Of a DNA stretch of 64,000 nt, positions 36,269-49,275 are shown piece by piece. The stretch's first letter is position 1. Every line of letters starts with the position of its first letter. The notes below the pieces were generated by a model. It was not told where the DNA came from and made no database searches. It saw only the letters and a program-made list of their open reading frames with translations. This DNA is from a virus (lineage: Duplodnaviria > Caudoviricetes). The position numbers and the translations under genes were made by a program. The stretch lies in IMG/VR virus record IMGVR_UViG_3300021255_000054; one strand, written 5' to 3'.

Positions 36269-36910
36269 ATGGGTGAAAATGGTTTAAGTGCTTCTGATGT
36301 AGCTTTAATGTCTCGTGACGGAGATGGCTTCGGCAATGGTTGGGGTGGAATGATTTGGTTATTTGCTATCCTAGCTATGATGGGCGGTGGATTCAACGGT
36401 TGGAATCGCGGTTATCAGCCACAGTATGCAACACAGGATTTCGTACAGAATGGTTTCAACTTTAACGATCTTCAGGATCAGAATAGAGACATTATGCAGG
36501 CTATTAATTATGGTGCTTCTCAGTCCATAGCAACTACTAATCAAGTATATCATGACCTAATGAATGGTCTATCTGATAAGTACAACGAATTACAGCGTGA
36601 TATCGCTGGCCTAGCTGTAGGACAGGCAAATCAGCTCGCTCGCTTCAATGAATGTTGCTGCCAGACACAGGCCGCAATCCAACAGGCAAATTATGAAGCC
36701 GCAATGCGTGATGCCGCTACTAATGCAAACTTTACTTCTCAGATTCAAGGCTTAAAGGATATGATTAAAGACGACAAGATGGATGCTATGCAGAATCGTA
36801 TCAATCAGCTTGAACTTCAGAATCAATTACAGGGCGTTGTAAGATATCCAAATGGTTGGACTTATAATGCTGGTACTTCTCCTTTCTGCGGTGGATGCGG
36901 AAATATGTAA
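36269..36910 (+). CDS. Gly-rich/TM plus coiled-coil protein with CCC motif
   Basis: GWGGMIWLFAILAMMGGG, ECCCQTQ; 23 Gln and no TAG; terminator 36951-36984. Confidence 0.8.
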   Translation: MGENGLSASDVALMSRDGDGFGNGWGGMIWLFAILAMMGGGFNGWNRGYQPQYATQDFVQNGFNFNDLQDQNRDIMQAINYGASQSIATTNQVYHDLMNGLSDKYNELQRDIAGLAVGQANQLARFNECCCQTQAAIQQANYEAAMRDAATNANFTSQIQGLKDMIKDDKMDAMQNRINQLELQNQLQGVVRYPNGWTYNAGTSPFCGGCGNM

Positions 36911-37005
36911 TGAGTGTATTTAGTACACCTTGTTGTGATTAAGATATATTAGGCGTACTATATATTAGTACGCCTTATTTTTTTATATAGTAAGGAGGTT
37001 ATATT

Positions 37006-37419
37006 ATGTTACAAGCTTATTCTAGTAATTTAGCAGTTGAAGCAAACGCCCCTTTTACTTTTAATAGTGTATATATTGATAAAGGATGCGGCGAACGTCT
37101 AGTAGGTACATCAACTATTGCCTTAGAAAAACGTGGTATTTATTTAGTTCAAGTTGATGGATTTGCTACTCCCGATGCCGCAACCGAAGTAAGTGTACAA
37201 TTATACGTAAATAATGTTCCATAGCCACAAGCAATTTCTACTTTTGTGCCAGCATCTGTAACTGATACTCGTACCTTTGGTTTTAAAACTCTTGTACGTG
37301 TAACAGAGAATAACTGTAATTGTAATTGTTTAACTAGTCCAACAACTTTACAATTCATGAATGGTGATACTGCACTTAGTGATGCACATATTAATGTAGT
37401 AACTACATTACTCAGATAA
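37006..37419 (+). CDS. BclA-CTD/C1q-like beta-sandwich protein
   Basis: FTFN...IxLxxxGIYLV...VQLYVN; 1 TAG. Confidence 0.6.
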
Positions 37420-37435
37420 ATGGAGATAATAGAAA

Positions 37436-37984
37436 ATGACAGTTGATGAAATTTTCACTAAACTCGCCGCGCATATGGTAGAAGGTATGATGATTCATGA
37501 TACTCTATCTAAAGGTTATGATTTTTTAGGTTTATATGGTTTCTCTAAATGCCATGAATATCATCATATTGAAGAAACTAAAGGTTATGAGTGTTTATTA
37601 CATTATTATTCTACCAGATATCATAAGTTATTAGAAATAAAAAATATTCCCGAACCCGAAATTATTCCAGCTAATTGGTATAAATATACCACAATGGCAG
37701 TTGATGTTGCGACAAAGCGGCAAGCTGTTAAAACAATGATGGAAAAATGGGTTGAATGGGAACGTAATACTAAAAAATTATATTAGGATATGTATAAAGA
37801 ATTATTTGAACTAGGCGAAATCGCCGCAGCAAATAAAATTAACTGCTTTATCTGTGATGTCGATGAAGAACTGAAACACGCAGAAAAGAAATTTATTAAA
37901 TTAGAAACTCTTGGATATGATATTGGCACCATTGTAAATTGGTAGTAGCCAATGTATAAGAAATATAAGAAAAAACTTAAATAA
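37436..37984 (+). CDS. ferritin-like helical protein
   Basis: His/Glu pattern (HxxE, HEYHHIEE, WExxT, EExxH); 3 TAG. Confidence 0.6.
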
Positions 37985-37999
37985 AAGTAGGTGATACCA

Positions 38000-38371
38000 A
38001 TGATTAGATTAGTTTAGCGGCGCTTAATTATACCTCGCGGCGATACGGGAAGTTTTACAATTCCCACTTTAGGTATGGTAGAAGAAGGAGATATCGCGGT
38101 TTTATCTATCTATGACCCTATGATGCGTAAAACAATATGTGAAAAGGTTATAGATGCAACTAATGAAACCTTAACATTTCATTTTAATTTTCAAGATACA
38201 ATTAACCTTGAGCCTTCTGACCGCTATCAATGGGATATTAAAATATACCATAGCCCCGAGTATGATGAAAATAATAAGCTCATTGGTGGCGCCGAAATAG
38301 ATTCTTATTATGCCGCATTTAGCATAGGAATGCCTAAATGCGTAATAAAGTAGGTGGCTTAGAATGTATGA
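38000..38371 (+). CDS. baseplate upper protein N-domain-like (RGDT motif)
   Basis: IPRGDTGSFTI...YQWDIKI; 3 TAG. Confidence 0.6.
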
Positions 38372-38840
38372 GAATAGCAGACGCCGTACTAGAGACCTTC
38401 TACTTGAATATGATAGACTTGTTATGCCGCCTAGACCTCGCGCCGCGGGTCTAAGCTTAATTTATACTTGGCTTCATGGTAATACACCTAATACGGATAC
38501 AATTTATAGTGTTCCTATTCCCGAAACCGCAGAGTTCTCTATTGTATATCCTTGGGAATCTATTGGTTTAAGTATTTTAGGAGACTAGATTTATATATTA
38601 GCTTCCCGTAGCGGCTATACCGGTACGCGCGAAGAGTTCCATAAAAACTTTGGAAAATATTTAGAAAATAATCGTTAGGAAATCCTATTTGAAGAATATG
38701 CGAATTTTCCTGAAGTTGGAAGTAAAGAAATGCTTTACTTTGATTTAAATGAAAAAATTCTATATTATTGGGATAAGGAATATATTCCAGTAAATGCTAT
38801 GCTTATTGCTTAGACAATGTTAGATGGAGGTGAGGCATAA
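38364..38840 (+). CDS. virion protein, paralog-like to 7538
   Basis: YPW...G(Y/F)TGT.E.F...G.YLE shared with 7538. Confidence 0.7.
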
Positions 38841-39568
38841 TGGCATCTAATACAGTAAAAGTTACTTTACAAATTAGACATAGTACATCTACTGATTGGA
38901 CTACGCGTAATCCAGTTCTCGCGCAAGGTGAATATGGCTTAGAAACTAATACTTTTCTAATTAAAGTAGGTGATGGTGTTAGAGATTGGGCGCACTTACC
39001 TTATCTTAACAAACTAAATGCTTCTTACTTCAAGCAAGAAACTGATGGCTCTCTCACCTTTAGCGATGAGTTTATGAATAAAATTCACGCGCTAGAAGCG
39101 GCCGCGGGCGAAGCTATTACTTAGTTAATAGTAACCGAGCCTCCCGTGAATGACACAGATGTACCAAATAAAAAGTATGTAGATGATGCGATTGCGGCCG
39201 CAGGCCATTTACATCGTGAAGTTGTTAATACCTTACCTAATACGGCAGATGCCGACCCTAATGTTTTATATATGGTTCTCGCGCCAAGTGGTGACCATTA
39301 CGAAGAATATATGGTTATCAATGGCACGTGGGATATGGTCGGTAGTACCGGAGACGGCGGTAGTAGCGGTTTCGCGCTCGAAGTTGCTACCAATGCGCGT
39401 TTAGGTGGTGTCAAGTCGGCGCCATTAGATGGTTAGGGTAATGTAATGACTGATAAGGATTATATAGTAGTAGATAGTTCAGGTTTTATGACATTTAATC
39501 AAGTTTCAACCTCCAAGTTATATGTACCAACTGGTGATACACTTGTTATATATGGAGGTACAGCATAA
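38840..39568 (+). CDS. tail fibre protein (hyaluronidase-N-like W..NPVLAxGE..KVGDG)
   Basis: Track ORFs 38840 and 39146 in frame. Confidence 0.8.
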
Positions 39569-39584
39569 TAGGAGGTGAATCATA

Positions 39585-41339
39585 GTGGCGGAAAATGTTT
39601 TAGAAACTAGAATATAGTTAAGATATGGGACATATTCCGAGTGGATGAATAGTGGAGTTATATTAAAACGTGGCGAAGCCGCAATATGTTCATTCCCTTC
39701 TGAAAGGGTAATAGACCAATTATCTAACACAACTCCTATATATACGCCTCCCGCAATTGGTATTAAAATAGGTGATGGCGAACGTTACTTCTATGAACTT
39801 CCTTGGGTATAGGCGATTGCCGCAGATGTTTATAATTGGGCGAAATCTTCTACTAAACCTACTTATACCGCATCTGAAATTTCCGGCTTACAAAGTTTTA
39901 TAGAAGACAACTTTCATATTAGCGGCGATGTTACAATTGCTCCGCGTATCTATCAACTAGTACAAGGTACTGGTGATAATCAATATAAATACTATTTAAG
40001 ATACAAAGAAAATAATAAAGACGCGCAATGGGTAACTGATACTAATCAAGCAATTGACTTAACTCCTTACTAGGAAATAAAAGATTGGATTGGTTCATAT
40101 GCAATAGATAACTACTTCACAATAGGTGACTTTATTGGTTATTTAGCATCGCGGCGTATTAGCAATTTAAACTTTACTGATACTGCAGTTACTCATAAAT
40201 TCATTACCTCGGTATCAGAGAATGCGGGTATTATTTCAGTTGAAAGAGTATAGCCTACATTTTCTGATATTGGCGGCACAGCCTAGGTTACTCAAGGTGG
40301 TACTGGCGCAACTTCATTTCCTTATGGAGAAGTACTTGTTGGTAATGATGCAGATACTATTCAGACTTTACCAATTACAGATGCTATTGATAATAGTAAT
40401 AACTTAGCTACTAATCGCGCGATTAAAGCTTATGTTGATTCGGCAACTGCAGGATTAACTGGCGCAATGCATTTTGTAGGTGAAGCTTCTGTAGTTATAA
40501 CACCAAACAGTAGCGTTAATCCACAAATACGTAATTATGATTTCGCGCAAGCTTTACCCGGCGATGTTATTTTATACAATTCACAAGAGTATGTTTGGGA
40601 TGGCGCGCATTGGATATTACTTGGCGATGAGAGCAGTTATGCTATCAAAGGTAGTATAGTTGATGCTGATATTAGTGATAATGCTAATATCCAGCAAAAC
40701 AAAATTGCAGGACTTACTGACGCACTTAGCTCTAAGGTAGATAAAGTTGAAGGTAAAACATTAACATCTAATGATTTTACAGATGAATTAAAATAGAAAT
40801 TAGAAGATATTGGCACTAATGCTGAGACTAATGTCATAGAGCACATAATGGTTAATGACGTTGAAGTGCGCCCGACCACTTTTAATAATGTAGATAAAGT
40901 GGTTAATCTTCAAATTTCTGAATTTGATTCACTTTCAAGAGAAAAGTTAGCTTCAATTGAAGCTAACGCGCAAGTTAATAAAATAGAAAAAATTATATTT
41001 GATGGATAGGAAGTTATACCTGAAAATTAGATAGTTACAATTACATCTAATCCTCATAAAGAGCACGAAAATGTAATTGAATCAATTACAATCAATGGTA
41101 CGGAGTATCCACCAAATCAAAATAAATAGGTTAATATTACAATAGATTAGGCCGCACTTAATCTAAATGTACTTGAAGGCGCGCAAATTCCTACTGGCGG
41201 CTCCCCATAGGAAGTTGAGTAGATAAATAAAAAATTATAGCTCGCGCGCATTGCGGCAACAGGAGACGTAAAAGACTTGTTATAGTCTAATGATGAATAT
41301 GTTACATTGTATTGCGGGAGCAGTACAGATGTTATTTAA
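39585..41339 (+). CDS. tail fibre protein
   Basis: GTG start, ETRI(Q)LRY, KIGDG, MHFxG domain; many TAG; ends TAA. Confidence 0.8.
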
Positions 41340-41371
41340 CTTGGCTGAAATGATGTCAAGGAGGTGTCTTT

Positions 41372-41902
41372 ATGGCGACTAGTTCTAAAACCTTAAAGAC
41401 GAGAATTCAGTTGAAAAGCGATACTGAAGCTAATTGGGATAAAGCCGGACCTAAGGATGGGTCTAGAGGTTTCGTACCGCTATTGGGTGAGTTGATCGTC
41501 TATAATGCAGACGCAACTCACCCTTTTTCTCGTTTAAAGGTGGGTGATGGGATTACTAATGTAGTAAATTTACCTTTCATAGATTCAGGTACCTTAAACG
41601 GGAATGAGACTGAGATTGTTAAAAAAGAAAATTACGCATCGTTCCCTTCTGTGGGATCTCCAGATAAATTATATGTTGATTTAACAAACAAAGCTATTTA
41701 TCACTATGATGCTTTAAGTGGATATACATAGTTATCCCATTTTCAATTTGATATAAAGAAATTATCCGTTTCATAGATTAATGAATGGAAGCCAGGTGTG
41801 TCAACAAAAGCAACTATAAAAGACAATACATTATAGATCAATGATGGCGTATTACCTACACTTTCATACATTAACGCAGATGTCGTTTAGGATATAAAAT
41901 AA
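41372..41902 (+). CDS. tail fibre protein (KVGDG family)
   Basis: KTRIQLK...LKVGDG...LPF; 4 TAG. Confidence 0.8.
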
Positions 41903-41919
41903 TTTAAGGAGTGATGAAT

Positions 41920-43107
41920 ATGGCAGGATATGTTGGACAAGTACATATTAATGAAGAAACATCATTAGTTGGCTCAACATTATATGGTATATGTAATAGT
42001 TCCGCCGCAGCCACTGCAAAAACGGTATTGCCTGCTGATTTAACAGGAGCTAATATTAATAATACTACGGATTATATTAATAATCATTTTAATGGGCTAA
42101 TGAAAGGTATTACTATACATGTTAAATTTATACAAGGTAATACCGCAACTAATAATGTAACTTTATAGGTAGGACAAATTACAACTGCGCAACAGGTGTT
42201 AGGTAATTTTACATGTGCTGCTGGCGCAGTAATTAGTTTTACATTAGATGAAAATGATAAATGGAATGTAAATGATAATGTAGATAATGATACGACATAC
42301 ACATTTGCAACTGGCGCGAGCAATGGTACAATTAGTGTCACTCCATTAGGCGGCTAGGCGCAAGAAGTAAGTGTTTATGGACTATAGGGTAGTGCCTATA
42401 AGGGTGTAGTAACCGATATCGGCGCGAATACTTCTAGCGCAGACTTACCTACCGCCGCAGCGGTTGCCTCTTATGTATAGGCACAAACCGGCGGTTTGTC
42501 AGGACTAACTGGCGCGATGCACTTCCGTGGCGTATCAACTGTAGCTATTACAGATGGAGGTACATAGAATCCTACTATTGATGGTTATACATTTAATAGT
42601 AATGGAGATAACGCAGGTGACGTTGTATTATGGAATTCGCAGGAATATGTTTGGACTGGCGCTGCTTGGGAGCTATTGGGTGATGAAGGAAGTTATGCTT
42701 TAAAGAGTAGTACTGATACTATTACAGAAGTAGCAAGCTTTACAGCTAATACACTACCAACATTAACTCCCGTGCCAACTAGCGCTTCCAGTGTTAGTGT
42801 TACTGATGGCACCGCAGCGGATCTAGAAACTCATGATGTTTCTATTCCAAATGTAACAAGTGCAGGTACTATGACTACTGCTTCTGTATCTGGTGGGATA
42901 TTAAATATTACATTAGGTACTGCGCCTACTATCGCGGCAACTCCTATTACTGTTAAAGAAGTAAAGACATTTACAGCTAATACGCCAACTGCAGTAACCG
43001 CCACTCCGGTAAATTTTGATGCAGTAAGTAATTGGAATGCGGGAACATAGGCAGCATTGAATACACATGATACAACGGTTGTTGTACCTGTTGCCCCAAA
43101 TCCATAA
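41920..43107 (+). CDS. tail fibre protein
   Basis: Track ORFs 41911 and 42676 in frame; GxTIHVKF and MHFRG domains. Confidence 0.8.
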
Positions 43108-43121
43108 GGTAGGTGATTTAA

Positions 43122-44555
43122 ATGGCGATGAATAATGGAGCCGTTGGCTTAATTGAACAAATAAATGCTAGTAGTAATTTATATAATGTAGCATCTACAG
43201 CATATGGTGAATGTCTTACCGACGGTGATAAAGCTGATAAAGTAGTTAGTATAGAAGGATTTAAATATATTGAGGGCGTAACTATTCATGTAAAATTTAA
43301 AAATGCTAATAGCGCTGCTAATCCTACTTTAAATGTAAGTAGTGAAGGTAAAAAACCAATTGTTTTAAGCGGTGCTACTGCAAATGGAGTTACTGCTGTT
43401 GCAGCAGGTAATGATGATGAAACTACTGGCTGGCCTGCAGGGGCGGTAGTAAGTTTTACATACGATGGAACTAATTGGGTTCGTGATAGAGGATATAATA
43501 CTAATACAACTTATACATTTGATGGTACTTATAATTCAAGTACAAATAAAGTAGCAACTGTTTCTACAGTTACAAATGCTATTAATGCATTAGATGTAGA
43601 TAATGCTACTAGTGGTAGTGGAACCCATATTACTGGTTTTGGCAAGGGTAAAACTTTAGCAACTTTAACATAGACAAATGGTAAAATTGGAGCAACTTTC
43701 CAAGATATTTAGATAACAGAAAGTCAAGTTACTAATTTGACTACACATTTAGGAGAAAAAGCTCCTATTGCTTCTCCAACATTTACAGGTACAGTAACAT
43801 TACCGGGCGCACCCACATCTGATTTACATGCTGCTACTAAAAAATATGTTGATGATAAAACTGCAGCATTAAGTGGCGCAATGCACTTTAAAGGTACAAC
43901 AACAACATAGATGACTGATGGCCGTACTACTGCTGCTGTAACTATCAATAACGCTTCATATACCCCTAGTGCTGGTGATGTAGTTATTTATAATGATAGT
44001 GAATTTGTATGGACTGGTAGTGCTTGGGAACGTTTGGGCAGAGATAGTTCTTGGGCGTTAGATAGTGCGGTAATTAAAAAAAGTGAATTTACAGCTGTAG
44101 GACAATTAATATATGGTACTGGTAGCGGAACTTATAATTTCTTATCTGGAAATATTGATGCTACTGAAAAAGTATTATTAATGAAAGGCGATGGAACCAC
44201 CGCAGCCGCACCCTCATGGAGTACATTAGGAATTAATCCTTCTAAAACCAAAGCAGTTACAGCTGTATCATATGCTTCTGGTACAACAGCTTCAGGGACA
44301 GGAACTTGGCCTACAGTAAATAAGGGCAGTGGAGTATCAATTACAGGAATTGATTCCGTTGGTTCTGCCGCTTCAGCTTCCGTAACTAATGCAGTATTAA
44401 CTATTACTGATGGTACTGCGCCAACAAAAGCAACTGCAGTAACAGTACCAAAATTAAATGACATTTCTATAAATACAACTAGTGCTAAATGGCCAGAATT
44501 AAGCATAACTAAGAATACAGACTTTTTAACTGGAGCATCTATTACGTATACATAA
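43122..44555 (+). CDS. tail fibre protein
   Basis: Track ORFs 43122 and 43911 in frame. Confidence 0.85.
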
Positions 44556-44570
44556 TAAGGCGGTGATTAA

Positions 44571-47561
44571 ATGGCGAGTAAAGTAAGCGGTTTGATTGAA
44601 CAAATCCAACCTGGCGGCAGTAGCGGTACAAAATATGCAATAGCTTCAACCGCTTATGGAGTCTGTGAATCCACCGCGAGTGATAATCCAAAAATAGTAG
44701 AAATAACAGGATTTAAATTAATAGACGGAGTTACTATACATGTTAAATTTACTGCTAATAATAGTGCTTCTAATCCAACATTACAAATAAAATATGGTAC
44801 AGGTACCAATGATAAAACTACTAATATTCCAATAGTTCAATATGGAGACACTGCCGCTGGAACTGCCGAAGAAACCGATGGCTGGTACGCCGGGGCAATT
44901 CTTACTTTAACCTATGATGGAACCAGCTGGGTAAGAGATTAGGGATTTAATACTAATGATATTCCAAATTCTATTTTAAAATGGCAAACTACTACGGCAG
45001 CTAGTACTGAATTATATGATTTCGGTATATATGTAAATTAGAATCATGCCGCAAGTAGTTCTATGAATGGTGGTAATTATTTTAATATATTAAATGTTCC
45101 ATATAGAAAAGCCTCTGGTAATACTAAAGCAGATTGGGGATGGCAATTGGGTAATACTACAGCAAATGACGGCCGGTTATGGTATCGTACCGCCGGAGAT
45201 AATGTATGGGGAGATTGGCAAACAATTGCCCATGCTACATAGAGTGCAAATGATACTGGAAGTACTTCTTAGCCAGTATATATGACCTCTACTGGCGTCA
45301 TAACCGCAATAACTGCCGTTGGTGCTGCATATGGTGGTACTGGTAAAACAACATTAAAAGATAGTGCTAATGCATTAATAAATGCTTTAGATACTGGTTC
45401 TTCTCCTTTAACTGCTAATGATTATGTAATTACATAGTATGTTGGGGGCGGTACAACAACTACAACATATCATCGACGTCCTGCAAGTCAAGTCGTTAAT
45501 GGGACGTTAGTCAAGGCAGCATTAGGTACAGTTAGTACTACAGCAAAGAAGTTTTTAAAGGATACTGGTGATTGGGTATAGGTTGCTTATACTGATTTAA
45601 CCGGAGTGCCAACATCATTTACTCCTGCTGCGCATACACATTATGCATTAAATACAATCGGAGATAAGCGTAATGATAATACTACGCCAAATACATATAA
45701 CAATCAGCTTATATTTTAGGGATTAAAATATAATAATAAAATTAATTCTCCCTATACAGATAATTATTCTTATTTAATTGGATTACGAGGATGGTCAAAT
45801 TCTAGCGGTGGTAATGCACATGAATTTGCTTTTTCTGCTGATGGAATCCATCGTAGATAGGGAGCAACAGACACTTGGGGAGATTGGTTACATTTATTAG
45901 ATAGCGGGAATTATAAAACTTATACAGTAAGTAGTATTGCAGGGAAACATGGCGATGTTACATTAGAAGACCTTGGTTTATCAAAGGCTATGCGTTTTAT
46001 TGGCGTAGCTACTACAGCAATTACAGATGGAGGTACTGAAGACCCGACTATTAGTGGATATAGTACAAAAACTGCAGGCGATGTTGTTATTGATAAAGAT
46101 AGCTCACGCGAATACGTATGGAGTACTACAAATAAATGGGAACTATTGGGTGGAGATAGCAGCTATAAAGTAACATAGACAGCTGTTAATTCTGCTACGG
46201 CTGAAACTACAAAAGCTACTACTTTCGTACATTCAGTTACATAGGATGAGAACGGAGTAATTACAGTAAAGACTAGGCCATTAGATACAAGTGGCACTTG
46301 GAGTGGTAATGCCGCCACATCAACTAAATTAGGTGTTGCTGCAATTTGGCTATATCCAGAAAATAATAATGAAATCAATTTTGGTGGTACTAATACTAGT
46401 ACAACATTATATGTTGGATATCGTAAAAAAGATAGCCGTGAAATACCTACTAAATTTGTTTTTGGCAGTTCTACTGGGACAGCAGATTTACAAGTAAAAA
46501 CTGTTTATCTTGGAAGTGGAACTACAAATTATATTAGTAGTACATAGTATACAGGTAATGCTGCTAGTGCTAATACAGCAAAGCATGCCTCTGCGGCGCA
46601 TTGGTATACTTAGGCTGGCTCTCCGACAGGTGTTCTAAAAGTTAAAATTAAAAAGAAACAAGGCTGGATGTTAGCATTTACAATTCGTGTGTATTAGGCT
46701 TATACTTATGACGACTATGTTATTAGTGGCTATAATTATGGCTCTAGTAAATGGTATAGTCCTGAGGCTACAATATTAGGGAGTGAATCTACTTCAAAAC
46801 ATACTGTGACATTTGGCTATGATGATGACGCCGATTCAAATGGATATAGAACATTATGGGTTTCTATTCCAGTACAACAATATACTGGTATTGATATATT
46901 TAATGTTACTAATGGCTATTCTCAAATACAAGATATGTCAAATGCTTTTGAAATTATCCATGAAACAGAATCTACTGGTACTGTATAGGCAACAGTGGAC
47001 TGTTATCGTCCTTGGTATAGAAATGAATCAATTGCTTGGACCAATATTTCTGACCGCCCAACTAATCTAAATCAATTTACAAATGGGCCTGGCTATACAA
47101 CTAATACTGGTACTGTAACCAGTGTCAAACTAATCCAAGGCGCAGGCATTACTGTTAGTAGTAGTGGAACTGCTATTACAACAACTGGTGAGCGTACTAT
47201 TAGTATTACTGGTATGGATACTACTAATGGTTCTACTACTAAATGGTTAGATTAGAAAGGAAATTGGAGTACGCCTACTGCTGTGAATGTCGGAGCACTG
47301 GCGAATAGTACTGTAGTTACTAATGTATCCATTAGCGCTGATACAACTACTAATAAAGAATACGCATTAGTATTTGGCACAACACCCTCTGATGGTACTA
47401 ACCCTACTGCTGCAAAAACAGAAGGATTACAAAAAAATATTACAAAATTTTATACTAATCCAAGTACGGGTACACTATATTCTGCTAAATTCTGTATAGA
47501 TGAAAACGTCACTCTCCAATGGAACTCTACTGATAGTTCCCTAGATTTTATTTTCGTATAA
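44571..47561 (+). CDS. long tail fibre protein (~996 aa)
   Basis: Track ORFs 44571, 45990, 46806, 46995 and 47283 share a frame; WGDW motifs. Confidence 0.82.
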
Positions 47562-47573
47562 TGGAGGCCATAT

Positions 47574-47822
47574 ATGTATAGATTAGAATTCTTAGATGGC
47601 TCATATATTGATAATGTAACACGAATTAATCCTTCCACCTTTGAGGTGGAAGGCAATAATTCGTTAGAAAGATATTTTTAGTTAAATGATGATAATTTGT
47701 CATGTGTGACTTTATATAAAGATAATGAATTGGAAGATGTACTTGTAGATTAGAAGCGGCAAAATTTTAGTTGTATTGATGGAATAATTAGGTTTAGAAT
47801 AGAAGGGAGGAAGGATACATGA
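47574..47822 (+). CDS. small hypothetical protein
   Basis: Code-15 ORF, 2 TAG, ATGA overlap. Confidence 0.65.
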
Positions 47823-49189
47823 GTTTAAAAGTATGGATTCCTCTGGATGGAGATTTACATAATTAGGGAATTAGTAATCATACAATAGCTTTAACAAATG
47901 GTAATACTTGGACATCCCCTGGTAAAATTGGAAATAATGCTTTAACTTTAACTAAATTATAGCTAATTGTACCTTCTACATCTTGTATGAGTGGGGCAAA
48001 AGAAATATCTTATGCTTATTGGATAAAAGTAAATACTGCTTGGAGCAATGACTGGTTAGATGGAATTAGATGGATTGAAACAGATGGTAGCGCAACTAGT
48101 ACCGCACGTCAAGAATTTTATACCAATTGTACTTTAATTGGTACGTGGTATAAGGGCGGTGCCATTTCTGGAAAAGCTTTTACTCCAGGTGTCTGGACGC
48201 ATCTCGCGGGAACATTTAATTATAATACAGGTGAAGCTAAATTTTATATTAATGGTGTATTAAGTGGCTCTACTACTAATATAAATACGGCATATTATTG
48301 CCGTGGAGACTTTTGTATTGGAGATAATGGTGTTAATATTTGTGAAAATGATGTTCGCATCTATGATCACTGCCTTTCCGCCGCGGAAGTGAGAGAGATT
48401 GCATAGGGATTAGTGCTACATTATAAGTTAGATGATATTACTAATGGTATTGAGGATAGTAGTGGATATAATCATTGTGCAAAAATAATTAGTGGCACTT
48501 TAACCACTAGTATTGATACTGCTCGTTATTCTTGCTGTACTACTTCATCAACTCCAGTAGAAGTAAAAAATGATACATCTGAAATTCCAATCGCTCTAAC
48601 AACACATAATTCATATTCATTCAGTATTTGGTTAAAAACTAATGTAACTACTTCACGATGGATATATTATATGGGAGATAATTCTGGCGGTTGTAGAGGA
48701 TTATGGATAACTCCTGCAGGAAAACCGCAATTTGCTTATAATGGTTCAGGCGCATTTACATCCGACATAGTAGTTAATGATAATCAATGGCATCATATAT
48801 GTTTTACAGTTAAGGATGCTATATCTAAATGCTATGTAGATGGAATTGATTATGGTGGCTCTACTTCTACAAAAACAACTGTTACCGCTTCTAATAATAT
48901 AAGATTAATTTATAATCAAAAATCAGATGAAGGAAAAATTGATAATTTATCAGATTTTCGTATTTATTGTACAACGCTTTCTTCAGATGATATATTATAG
49001 CTTTATCACACCAGTGCGAAAGTTGATAATAAACAAAAGTTACATACTTTTGAATTAGTCGAAAATCAAAATAAAATTGCTATTGATAAGCAAGGCCGCG
49101 TATTATGTAAGGAATTAACAGAAAATACTAATACAAAATTCTATAAAACTGACTAGGCTATTGATACGGAGCAGATAATAGAATTTTAA
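47819..49189 (+). CDS. double LamG/concanavalin-A-like domain protein
   Basis: MSLKVWIPLDGDLHN(Q)G; WTHLAGT..FYING..DVRIYDHCLS; WHHI..YVDG..DFRIY. Confidence 0.85.
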
Positions 49190-49192
49190 CAT

Positions 49193-49221
49193 TTGACATC
49201 TCTCACTCATTGTGATATAAT
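49193..49221 (+). promoter_or_regulatory. sigmaA promoter
   Basis: TTGACA-17-TATAAT with TGn. Confidence 0.75.
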
Positions 49222-49275
49222 ATACTTAGAAAAATAGTAGGGAGGCGTATGTCATATGAAAAGGAGGGATGACTT

